Positions 25,485-37,548 of a stretch of 64,000 nucleotides of DNA are shown piece by piece (position 1 is the first letter of the stretch; every line of letters starts with the position of its first letter). Under the pieces are notes generated by a model, which saw only the letters and a program-made list of their open reading frames with translations, was not told where the DNA came from and searched no databases. Origin of the DNA: Salisapilia sapeloensis CBS 127946 (taxonomy: Eukaryota; Protista; Oomycota); the NCBI GenBank assembly GCA_023334545.1, contig JAADVB010000042.1, positions 35,489 to 99,488 on the forward strand, read 5' to 3'. The position numbers and the translations under genes were made by a program.

Positions 25485-26931
25485 AGCTGAGCCGGTCCAC
25501 ACGTTTCTGAAGCTGTTGACTAGTTATTTATAGCGCTTTCGATGCTTCCACACTTGGACGAGAAGGCCGCTTCTTGATCCGGATTAATTTTGCAAAATGG
25601 ACAAAGACCGAAGGGAGGCTTGTGCACAAGTCAGCCGAATGTACTGTGCTTGAGCAGGGCGCACGATACTGAGAAAGGACCAAATGACTTGTACTTCGTA
25701 TTGGTCATTACAACGCAACGAGCACCCGTTCTCAGCTCCATCGAGATCGGGGCTTTTATTTCGGATGTAGTCGATTGTCCCAATTGCTTTCTCCGGTCTT
25801 GCATTCATGACATGCTGTATGTCATTCTAGCATGAGCGACCGGAGGAGATAATGGGAGAAGCAGCATAGAACTTAAGAAGATGCCCTTTGAAAAGAATAT
25901 TGGTAACCTCTGTCGTAGCACAGAGCTACGCACGAGTGCTTTCGCGTAGCCTCTACATAACCCGATGGCACGACTATCCAAAATGTCACTTGTGTCGATT
26001 GGATCACATTAGGATAAATTCGACAAAGATGTCTTCGATTTTGCTGAAATATGAAGCTTAAAGTAGCACGTCGAAGCAAAAGCTAGGCTTTCATACTATT
26101 TGAAGATAATATAAAGTTGCATTCACATGTTCATGCTGTCTGTACTCCTACCATGCAATTGTTGGCGCTTTCCAAATATACTGTGATGCTATAAAAGAGG
26201 CTATGCAGAAGACCAAAGCTTGTAGAGATGAAAAAATTGTCTTGCTGAGTTCCATTCTCTACGCTTAGCAAAATGAATAGTTTTCGGTGGCCTGCAGACA
26301 GTACAAACACAGCATCTTCTAGCTTCACATATGGTTTAAATTCTCGTCTACTAGCCTTAAACTTCTACTACAGTACAAGCCCAAGTGACCTGTTCATTTA
26401 CATGCAAAACAAATTAGCATCTTATTTCCAAACCTTGTGCTCAGTCATTCGATGTGGGTGTGGCATTCGACTACCAACACACCTTGAATTTGCTTCAGTG
26501 AAGTTTAAATGCTCCCTTTGGCATTTTTCCGATATAATATGATCAAGCCCCATTGCATCATATCCTCGACTATTGCAATTAAATTTCCAGTCTTCAGTTA
26601 CGTGCAGAAGAGACCAAACTCATTCGACTTGTCTATTGCCACTATTGTTGTAAAAGAGCAAACTAGATCAATTTCCACGTCCAGCTCAAGTCAATATCAA
26701 GCTTCAGAGGGATCCCTTCGACCAATTTTCTTATTTTTTAGGCTTGTGGACACTTTCAATCGTGATCCGAATGGTTCAGTGCATGCCTATATATATTTAA
26801 AAGACCCGACAAGTCCAAATAAGCTCATGTGAGATGCTAGTCGATACAACGAGAAATTAAACCCAAAACATTATTATTTACTTTCTTTATACGCAGCCCA
26901 ACTTTGCTCACGACCCACTTGAACTTCTTAA

Positions 26932-28299
26932 CTACATCCACATCATGTCGGCACTATCGTCACTGCTATAATCTTCTTCTTCAAAGTTTTCTTGGAAGAA
27001 AACTTGTGGACGATGCCCGCGGCCTTCACTACTTAATCGATTCATCAATTCATAGTCCGGGGCAGACGGTTCATCGTCCAACTCCGGTGCAGACGGTTCC
27101 GTCATACACCTGATTGCTACCACGACCGGTACGGAGCTTCCAGGCCCAGCTTCGCTCTCAAGTGGAGGCGCTGTCGCTAGCTCTGTCGTCTCTATCGGTG
27201 CAGATGGAGCTGAGTCTCGGAACTGCACATTGCGTTCTGTACTCCTATCGCCTCCAGTCGACTGCCAGCTAAAGAGATTCAACAGTTGACCTCGGACAGC
27301 TTTCAGGCTATTCACACTGGAGACAGTAGATATGTCGCCAAGACTGTAGTTGGACATGATCTCCTCGGGATCAATCGTCCGGTTGTCGTCCACATCGGAT
27401 GCACATTCGGACGTGGATCGGGACTTGCGTGCTGATCTGACAGCCATGATGATAAACATGCACATGATCAAAACGCCTATGCCACCAAACACAAGTGCGT
27501 ATCGAGGCCCTTCTTCTTTTTCCTCTTCTTCATGTGGACTTAGAGCTTTCATCGGACAATACCTGTCTTCCTTTGGAGGATGAAGCCGCATGCGCTCACA
27601 ACCTGCAATGCAGACACATCCGTTCTCCCCGACACAAAAGGACATGTAATAGTCATCTGTCTTCCCAGCGATCGTACTCGCGAATATTGTTTTTCGGCAT
27701 TCTGTGCAAATGGGATCGTCATTCGGACAGTAATTGACATCCGACGCACGAAAGACATAAGATGCGTTCAAGTCATCTTCGCTTGAATCCTTTGAGTCGA
27801 TCTTGTTGATTGGAATCGCGTCCCTATAATCCCATTTCGCATCGTATAAGTCAGCAGACTCGCAGTATCCTTCTTTACCAATCATGCATTCCTATAAGGT
27901 TCTTAGACATGAAATGCAGAGTAGACAAGTTTTCTATAAAAATACCTCTCCGATACTACTCGCCGGCGTATTCAAACAGTCTACACAAGAGCGAGGTTTA
28001 TGGCATCCATCTTTGTCTGGTGCATACCCTGCGCATGTACCCCCACTGGCACTAAAGTCGTCGGATATCTCGCTCTCGTCACAGTCATCGTCACTTTCAC
28101 CGTCACCGGCAATAACGGCAATGATCCCTTGCTCGCTTTGTGAACTAGTAGACGTATCAATGGAGGAAGAGTCTCCTCCGCTATTGGGTTCGCTCTTCGA
28201 CGAGACCTTCGCCTTCATTCCACCATAGAAAGATGACCGGTCTTCATCCTTGGAATTTGACGGCGCATAAAAGTCATTCCGTCCTGTTAATTGAGCCAT
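26932..28299 (-). CDS. Cys-rich single-pass membrane protein, paralog A; exons 27946-28299, 26932-27891
   Basis: RSCVDCLN...CMIG..G.C...YCPNDDPICTEC...FCVGENGCVCIAGCE, a TM helix, and a cytosolic LNLFSW motif with PSAP repeats; 54-bp intron. Confidence 0.8.
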
Positions 28300-29087
28300 C
28301 GTCTATTGCCTACCGCGAATAAATTCGGATCGAGTAGAAAGCGATTCCGAGTTGAGACTCGATGGAAGAGTTCGATTGACGCTCAAGAGCGCTCTTTTTA
28401 TGTCTGGTGTGGGAGCCTGAAACTTTGGCGATGGGTACTTTAGCGACTCAAATAGGGGTACTTTTTCAGATCAACGATATAGTGTCTCGAATTGTATGAA
28501 TCATAAGCTCATGATGACATGCTGCAAAACATGAACGCTTTGCTTCTTTGGCCTGACCAGAAGAAGCTATGCAATTATATGTAGTGGAAGCCGAGAAGGA
28601 GAAAGCTATTCAAGTAGAAATCAGACACATTGGTTAGTCGCATGTAGATTTGGCATAGAGTGCGCTTTTTAGTTTCGTGAGACGAGGGACCTACTCCTAC
28701 CCATCAAGTAACCACTTCCGTTCAGATAATGGCAGCATGGCAGTGGATGGAAGTACGCGAGTCGGGTGTATTAAAGCAGTCAGTATAGGATTTTATAGCA
28801 GTATTGCTCTTGACTAGAGCGAAGTGGAAGAATGTCATCTTAAGGAGATCACATTAGCGAGAGGTGGTTGCGCTTGGGACGCTCTTGATTCTAATTAAAG
28901 GTCACCTGTATTTACTGACATTCGCATGGTTATTTCAAAATGACTTTCAACTCAACAGAGTGCATGTACCCGCGTTCGATGCATACAGTCGATAAGTTAG
29001 GCACGAGGATACATCACGTCAAATTGCCGAATATACTCAAGTCTTAAAGGCAGTCGCAGGAGCCACTTTATAAAATTAAAGCCTAGC

Positions 29088-30116
29088 TTAGACAGAAGCT
29101 CGATCTTGGTACGGCGTATCACTTTGGCTGAGGGGTGAATTCGAGACCAGATTCGGACTGCTCGTCACGCGCAGGACTTCATCAGGGCTAGCGACTTGGA
29201 TTGGGATGCTCCTATTCGCGCCTTCACGCTGTTCGTCCATGATAAGCTTGCTATGATACGCCCTCCAGCCTCCGAGCGTAAGATGTGGTAATTTGTCTCG
29301 ATCACTACTCCGTCGTGACTTTCCACAAAGGTAGTTCCAAGCTTGTCGGAATCGGGCTGTACATACACATTAGATTTCTACGTAAGAATTGTATCCGACT
29401 GCACGCACATTGTAATTGACGTCGACGCATATAAAGAATTACGAACAAGATGATGATGAGCAAGCCCAAGACAGCGATACTAAAGACTGACATGAACCAC
29501 GTATAGCCATCCAATTTTCTTGTCGGCGGATCGTGTAAGGTTCCAGGCGACTCACTGCCACTGCCAATAAAGTAGGCAGCGCTGTGACTTCCTCTAACCG
29601 CATCATATGCGTCTCCACTGCCACTCGTACTGGCCTCAGGTGTCGCCATGTGAGAGGTCTCACATGCTTGCGTGCAGATGCATCCACCCTCTCCAATGCA
29701 ATACGACGCACGGGCATGATCGAAATACTGCCATGCCATGTGACAATTTGCACAAGTGACGTCCGTGAATGGACAGTATGTAAACTGCTTCGAGGTGAAG
29801 ATGTTCGTGAGAAGTGGTCGATGGACGACATCGACACAAGAACCTTCCGGATCAATGCCACACTACGTATCAATGTGAGCTTGAGAGGTATATGTATGCA
29901 CTTGTGTTGCTTTACTTTTCCGCTTAGCTCAGGCTTATTCAGGCAATCGTAACAGGCACGAACGCCTCCGTTTTCATCAAATGTACAGTTTATCGTGTTC
30001 GATGGCGTCGTCGTGGCGGTCGGAGGCAGGGTGATGGGGGAATCTGAATCATTTGATGATGTCATGGACATGCCTGGTGGAGAGAGCGACGCTTCCTCAG
30101 TCGATGCATTCGCCAT
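29088..30116 (-). CDS. Cys-rich single-pass membrane protein, paralog B; exons 29906-30116, 29409-29862, 29088-29356
   Basis: RACYDCLN...CGID.EG.C...YCPFTDVTCANC...YCIGEGGCICTQACE, a TM helix, and cytosolic LTLGGW. Introns of 43 and 52 bp restore one frame. Confidence 0.8.
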
Positions 30117-30338
30117 TTAGACCACAAAACTCGTTTGTCCGAATGTAAAGTTGAGGATGGCATGACATTGGTGACGGACAGACGATCGACTTCGTCCAGC
30201 AGATGGTAGCAAGGAATTGTCGAGACAGGCTTATCAAGACGATAGGGAGCTCATAAAGATCTATTTTCATTCTTGCTAAACGGTGGTTACATTGCATGAA
30301 ATGAGTTCACGAGATCCCCTTTTTGTATCAAGGTGAGA

Positions 30339-32777
30339 ATGCTCGGGGTGAAGACATTTGTCTCGGAAACGATACATGCTTTAAATCCAGTTGATCTACA
30401 GACACTAGCAGATACCCTTCGAATTGACCTGAGAGGGTGCGAGGATCGTAAGGACATTGAGCGAATTCTGACTGGACTGCTTGCGCTAGATGAAAATTCG
30501 TCACTAGGTAGTTGACTAGGACCTTATGGTATTGACAATATGTTCATGTGTTGACTAGGTGTCTTCATCTCGTGGCTTCGGACATCAGAGCAGAAGAGTG
30601 TAGTGACCACGAAGCCACAATTCGAAAACACGTTCGTTCCAAAGTGCTACCCTCTGCGTCCAACGAAGCGATTGAATCACAACTCTCCTTCTAAGTCACC
30701 ATTAAAAAACCAGGAGCAGGATGTGCTACCGGAAATTCCGCAACATCATATCTCAGCTGAAATTGCAACTCTTGTCGCTACAGTAGAAACACTGGAGAAA
30801 GCATTTAAAGACGCAGAACGTGAAGTCCATGGAGGAGTGCCGACGTTTCAAAAGATGAAACATTTTTTAATGTGCTTGACGCGATTGAGGAAGAGGGAAA
30901 CTGAATTACGACAGCTACTTTTGCTCCAAAGCAATAGACTAGTGGAAGAGCATGAAGCGATGAAAGTCGAGACATTGGATACGAGAGATCAGCTCGACTT
31001 CTTTATGGAAGGATTCACCAACCTGCGGCTGCGTCATGATAACCTTGTGGACATTTCGACGAAAATGCAAGCTGAGAACGAAACAGCTCAGGATGTGTTC
31101 GCCATCATCAGCGCCACAGAGTCACATTTTTCTGCTTTTTTACAGCAGCAGTACATGCATCAGTTTCAAAAGGCAGCAATTGAGCAATTGAAGGTGGAGC
31201 GATGTCAAGAAAACATTGCAGAGCTCCAGAGACAATTGCAAGTTGCAACAGATAAAATCTCGGTTTTAACGAGTCAACGAGATGATGCTCGAAAAGATGC
31301 AGCCTGCGTTCGTAGACAGCTACGTCGGGTGAAAAGGCGGGTGCGAAATGGAGCGCTGGAAGACCCGCAATGCTCCTATTTCGCTGCTCAAAGTCAAAAA
31401 CTAAAGAAGAGTCTTGTAGCGATTGCAAAGTACTACAAGGACAAAGTCGTTGGTGAAATCGTCAAATCCGGAAAGCCGATAGGTAGTAGACTGATTCTCC
31501 AAGAGCTGTACCAAGCCGTGCTTCCAGTACCGCCGGATGATATCACATCATTGGATACGCATAGATCTATTTCCAACGCTTGGCATCCGGATGCTCATAA
31601 AGATGTACCAAAACTTGTGTATCGCGTTCGTGCTGAGCAGCAGGATATCAGTGAAGTAGTGTCCGGTGTGCTTTTGCTTGGTGAAAGCCATAGTCAGACT
31701 GAAAGGCTTGCTCAGGTAGTAGCACAAAGGCAGGGGTATCTTCCGATGAACTTATCAGAGCTAATCCGCGAAATTGAAATCAGTCATCAAGATCAATTGG
31801 CTCTGTCGAGTACTACCGGCATCGTACCTACCATTGAAACTACAGATACAGATCAAGGAATACTTGTGGAAGATATCATCGATCCTCGGACGTTAAATGC
31901 ACCGGAGACGGAAGAGATGACATTGGATCAGATGGAAACTAGTGCCACTAAACACAAGAGTATTTTGCAGAACTCACTCTTATGGAAGAAGCGAGATGCC
32001 TCAGCAAACGGTGTGCTGTTCTACGGTCAAGTTTTCTCTGTTAAGCTACTCAACCTACTTATCTCCATGGGGTTTCCACTTTCCACTGTCATCTATATCA
32101 AAGGGGGCGCTTCCATCTCTTCGTCCCCATCCCGAAAAGCACAAGTATCATCTCCAGTAGATGATAGTATAAACACAAAAGACCAAGTCCGTCAGAGTAG
32201 TGGAGCTAGTCCATCGAAAACTTCCACGTCGCGCTCAGAAGTGCGATCTACGGCTGCAAAAGGGAAAGGAGTGACTTCAAAAACTGGTCGGCCAGTCACA
32301 ACATCACCAACTGTCAAGTCCATCGATCAGTTGGTCCGAGTGTTAGGAAAGAGTGTGCACAAGTTGGAAGCGAGTCGATTTGAAGAAGACTGCATCACAT
32401 CCATCGAGTCTGCAATTGCAAGTGAGTATCGACAAAAATGTCTTCCGTACATCCAATGGGACTCTACCACACAAGCGATGAATGAAACCTTGCGCATGTG
32501 GTTTGAAGACATGACATCTTGTATGATCCAGCAGCGAGACCTAAAGGCCGAAGCTACCGAAGCTGCACGAACTACAGCTACTCGTGCATCAAAGCCTGGG
32601 ACAGAGACAACTGCTCCAGCGTCTCAAAAAGTATCGAATCGAGATGCGAAGAGCAGACCAGCTCCTCGTATACCAAACTCGAGTCAATCAGGAGTAACGA
32701 CACCAAAGTCTGGTAAACGACCGGAACGCAAGGTAGTATCAACGTCACCACTTAATAAAGCAAAGGGAAGAAAGTAG
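30339..32777 (+). CDS. Hypothetical protein: short helical N-terminal motif, coiled coil, degenerate nucleotide-kinase-like segment, S/T/K-rich tail
   Basis: A 51-bp intron at 30508-30558 joins ORF 30333 to ORF 30603 in frame. 'GVLLLGESHSQTERLAQVVAQRQGYLPMNLSELIRE' has adenylate-kinase-like spacing without the GK. The start is uncertain. Confidence 0.65.
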
Positions 32778-32827
32778 ACAAGAAAATCGATAAATTACAT
32801 GTGAGTCCACGAGTGGTCGTTCCGACA

Positions 32828-34560
32828 TCACTCCCGTTTAAACTGGCTAAAGTCTGCGAGGCAGCCGTAGACGAAGCCGCAGATGACAAACACGATCAGT
32901 AAGATGGCACTGACGACTGACGAGAAGGCTGTGTATATGACAAAGGCGTAGAGACATAGTGGCAGAGTGAGCGACGCGATGGACGCAGTGAGTTTAAGTC
33001 TTCCGCTCACATTATCTTTCTCGACGCAGATCGAACCTCCTGCACGATCCAGTCGTGGGGAGAGTAACCGGAGCTTGATGGATGCGAGGATAAAGCCAAT
33101 CCCTTCGAACCCAGCGAGGCCATTGGCGAGATAGATGAGGTCATTAAACTCCAAGTTGATGATAATGAGAATGACCGCGAGGCTACCGATGATTGCGCCA
33201 TGCGGCGTCACGTTTGTCTGGGACGAAGTGGGCTGGCCGAGCAATATTGGAGCAAAGCCTTCATTGGACATGCCCCACGCCAAGTAGGAAATACAGAGCA
33301 GTGTGCAGATACAAAGTCCAGCAGTACTAACAATTTCGACGCCAGTCGAAAGGATCGTCATGAATGAGCCGCCTAGTTCTTTTGTGACTTCATTTAAGCT
33401 GCCTTCCGTCCATCCTTGCCATTGTGGATGGGCGACGGCAACGCTCGCGAGGAGAGGCAAGGCGTACGTCGTCGGGACTAAGAGACAAGATACCCACATG
33501 ACTTTCTTATACGCACGTGGAGCGTCCGGCACTTCGACCGCGAGCGCCGTGAGCTTGGTGAATCCATTCAAGGACCATACAAGCGTGTTAATGAGTGTCG
33601 TGTAGTCGATCAAGACTTGAGGCTCGGACGGATGATTCGGCTGGATGAGAGGATTCGTTCTTAAGTTCCTTAAAAAGTCCCAGTCACCCGACAATTCGTC
33701 ATCCGCGGATGCCGATGCGTCCGTGTCATTCGCAGTCTCATATCGCAAAGCACCAATAGCACTCCACTCTTCTGCAACAAAGAAACTCCAGATGACAATG
33801 ATCTATGCATACTCTATCAGTCGAAAGCAATCGATACATGACATCGAGATGTACGTACGGTATAAAAGACAAGGACGAGAAGCATGAGGTATCGTTCTAC
33901 TCGAAGCACGATGCGGAATTTCAAGAACGTTGGAAGAGCCACGACCATGGCCATGAAAGCTCGACCGAGGTACTCGATGAAAGTGGGCTTGCTATCGGGT
34001 GTAAAGCCGTCTGTACCGGCAATGGCAGACACGGACATGGACGTGTACATGACGTAGTCGACGCAGTTGGAAATCCAAGTCCAATACCCGACCTGGAATC
34101 CGACGTATGGACCAAAGGCAAGGGCAGTCCAGTAGGCGTGTCCACCTACATGTACGATGAGCCAAGGAGAGAAATTAGGTCCGCATTACAGCTTACCTGG
34201 TTCAGGCATCTGTCCAGCCAATTCAGCGACAATTTTGGCGACTGGGAGGTAGAAGATGACGGTGAAAACGAGGATGGAGATGAGTCCGATCAATGGCCCA
34301 GCAGCTAGTACAAGTACGTTAGACTAGGTCGGAGAGCAGATAGAGACGAGCGTACATGTGACGAGGTCTTCAGAGCCACTGGGGCCACCACAGACAGCAA
34401 AGAAACATAACGCAAGGAGTGATCGGGTTCCTAAGAGCTTTGGACAGGTAGACGAACTGTGTGCGTGGCTCGGACGTTCCGATAGTGGAGGGATCGTGTC
34501 CCGCAGTGGGATGTACGTGCTATCTCCTGGACTAGACGAAATCGTAAGCTTCGTATTCAA
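32828..34560 (-). CDS. APC-superfamily permease (polyamine/LAT-like), multi-exon
   Basis: TM1 'LLALCFFAVCGGPSGSED', 'GGHAYWTALAFGPYVGFQVGYWTW', 'LINTLVWSLNG', 'W.GW.EGS', 'TPHGAI'; GT-AG introns link the ORF fragments. Confidence 0.85.
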
Positions 34561-35402
34561 AATGGTGCCGGGCTAGAATATAAAATCGAAAGGCAGGATA
34601 GGAATGTGCTGGACTTTCGCAGCCATTATAGCTGCAAGGGAACGTCGGAAGAGCTGCTTTAAGAGGTAGCAGGTACACAACAGTCGCTACTTTATAGTGA
34701 CATACCTTAAAGTGCCGTCGACTACTGGCGTGTGCGAAGTTGCTGCACTGTGGCTTCGAGAAGACGCCGTCAAGACTCGAGGGGAGCTCATGCCGAACGA
34801 ATTTAATGCACGCAGTTGGATGGATAATCAAGAACATGTGTGACTTGGACTTAGTATGTAACGAGAACCTAGAAATTCTTGTTCCTACAGTATTTTTACG
34901 CTACATCTGCTGATACTATGCACTTTCGTGGCTACTTTTGATACTTTCAGCAATCGACCAGTTCATGTTCATGTTAGTCAAGTATCGCAGTCGCAAGGGA
35001 GAAAACATGTAACAACGCTTTTACGTGTGCCACAGGAGAACAAGCAATTGGTGCTTTACAAAGCTAAAGTTTAAAAATGTACTATCAGGATAGAATGGTT
35101 TCAAATAAGCTGTACTGAGGCTAGATTTCCATAAATCACGAGTAGGAAGAACGAAACGATAGAGCTACGTATCACGTGCAAGCGTATGCATACACTGCAA
35201 TAAAGCAACGAGTAAAGCTATGGCTATCTACCACATCCACTTTCTAAATTAGCAGCGCCACAAACTGATCGGCCGCTACTTAAAATAGAAGCGCTGGTCT
35301 GCGGAACCTTGGAAAGACACAGAAAATCCAATATTTAGCATAAACGTATAACTCGACTTTCTTTCATCCGAACTCGGACTAAGACTCTTCATCGATTGCA
35401 TC

Positions 35403-36562
35403 ATGAGTACCGATGCAAGCACCAATGCAAGTACCGACCTTTCGTCATCACGCACCCAACAAGTCGATCCAATAGTGTGGGACGAGCTGCCGGATGAAAT
35501 TCGCATGGAACTCGCGCAGCTTAGCATCGAGCTTGAGACATCCGTACCAGAGGCGAATGGATCTGTCCAGACATCACCAGTTTCTAATAATGGAGAATGG
35601 AGCTGTCGAACCTGTACCTTTCTGAACCATCCCGATGTACAGGCTTGTGAGGTATGCGAAACCATTCGTGTGCCTCGTCCGATTGATACGTCTCCATCCA
35701 ACATATCTGAAACGCGCAGTCCTCGCGAGCGAGTAGCATCCTTTGGTAGTGAATTGTACAAAAAGATAACGTCTCCTTTCTCGAAAAGCAAACGTCGAGC
35801 GCATCTCCCGTCTAGTGCTGCATTGCCATACCTGTATGCCCTCCAACAGCATCTCAATACGAAATGTACGAAACAAGATGCTGTCATTCAGAGCTACTTG
35901 CATCGACTTTGGGTCGCGAGTGGTCTTCCAAGGGACCAATTTTCCAAGGAAGATGATCGATGGATGCAGCTAGGTTTTCAAAGTGCCGATCCTATAGCAG
36001 ACTTTCGTGGAGGTGGCTTACTATCTCTCGAATGCCTCGTCCACTTGTTTGAAAAGGAGGATCAGCTTGTGCTGCATGAGAAAGAAAGGTGGTACCCCGT
36101 GAGCGTGGCTGGTATTAATTTGGCGTGCTTGATGGCTGACGTCATGGGTATCGGGGATGGACAGTTCGAATCGATGGAAACGACGTACTGGGGTCTTCTG
36201 GAGGAAGAGGATGCATTCCATAGACTGTTCTGCGTCATGTTTGACAAGATGGATCGCGTATGGCACCAAATGACGGTATCGCACATGGAATTTGGAGGTA
36301 CAGCTATCTCTTAGATCCTTAATAAAGCTTACTGATGTGCTTCCTAGTGGTGCTGACGGCAACGAGGAAAATACTGACGACATTTTTAAACAACGGACCG
36401 AAAAGTATAGACGAACTGGAGCGCATGTCGTCCGATGTGGATGTGACATCGTTTGTACCAACTTCTCCTCGGAAGAAAGGTCGAAGTCGAGTCGATAGTG
36501 CAGAGAGTGATTTGGAAAGTTGTATTCGATCCGTACGGATGCATCGGGCGTCCTCGAGCTAA
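35403..36562 (+). CDS. ELMO/CED-12 domain (ELMOD-type Arf/Arl GAP) protein with N-terminal UBM-like motif and RanBP2/NZF zinc finger; exons 35403-36297, 36348-36562
   Basis: VDPIVWDELPDEIRMEL, WSCRTCTFLNHPDVQACEVC, WMQLGFQSADPIADFRGGG and YPVSVAGIN; 50-bp intron. Confidence 0.87.
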
Positions 36563-36598
36563 GGAATGGAAACATAAAATATCTTTCACGTTGGCAAC

Positions 36599-37380
36599 TT
36601 AGGTACCGAACTTTAAACAGCCAGTCTCTTGGTGCTGATCACCACATTTCACACGACAGTAGGCCGACCCACAGCGTTTGCAAGAGTACTTGCCAAAATT
36701 CCCACAGATGACGCAAAAGCGTCGAGCTGGATATACCGAAGAGGAGGCAGCAGCACGCAAGTAATTTGGCGTCTCAGAAGCTTCAGCTTCCGCTCCAAGC
36801 TATTAAGAGTAAGCGAGGGGTAGTAGTTGGGATATAGGAGGGACACATACTTCTTCAAAGACATGTTGTGCGAGGCTCTTGACCTTGAATACTCTCTTGC
36901 TACAATTCCAAAAATCAAACATCTGTGCTTTCATTGTATACAAGGAGCTATACCCAATAGGAAGTGCCATCTTGGTCTTTTTTGCCTTCTTCTCTTTGCT
37001 ATTGACTGGTGCAGTGCTGTCAACCTCATCATCGACGTACATGTCGTCGTCGTCGTTTTCCTCGTTATCTTCCTGATCATAGCCATAGTGATCGGCCTCC
37101 AAAGCTTCCAGACGCTGATTGAGCACCATCGCTCGAGTCTCTTCATCCACATAGGCCATTGCGCGACTCAATTTGACAGTTCGACCTGTTCATGATCGAA
37201 TAGAAAGCAAGTTAGAGGCAATGGTCCATGCAGAGAGCTCCTCGAGATAGTAGCCAAACCTGATCGTTTCTTTTTAGGCTGTGTACGAGCACCATTGGCA
37301 CCTCCAGCCACTGCTAAGTCAGGTGTAGCCTGTTGGATCGTTTCATTCCATCTCCGTTTGCCGTCATAGTGCTTGCCCAT
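36599..37380 (-). CDS. SWC6: SWR1 complex HIT zinc-finger subunit (SWC6/Vps71/ZNHIT1), spliced
   Basis: Contains 'RLEALEADH'. The spliced last exon reads PNYLRAAA...RRFCVICGNFGKYSCKRCGSAYCRVKCGDQHQETGCLKF, which is a zf-HIT finger. Confidence 0.85.
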
Positions 37381-37548
37381 GGTCTGCGCCCGATGCTCGT
37401 TAGGTGCACAATTATCGTGTTTTCGGCTATTTTACGAATTTAAAAGCTGTTTAAAAGGCTATTTACAGTGATACAAATGAGAGTCCGTCTATTTCTGAAA
37501 TTAGCCTAGATAATGCTACTATCTTGGCTATATGCAGGTCATCTAGTG

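Noticed and set aside
25584-26832. Short ORFs upstream of KRE6, including a kinase-like 'GTIDYI'
   Set aside because: Isolated hexapeptide with no other kinase subdomains.
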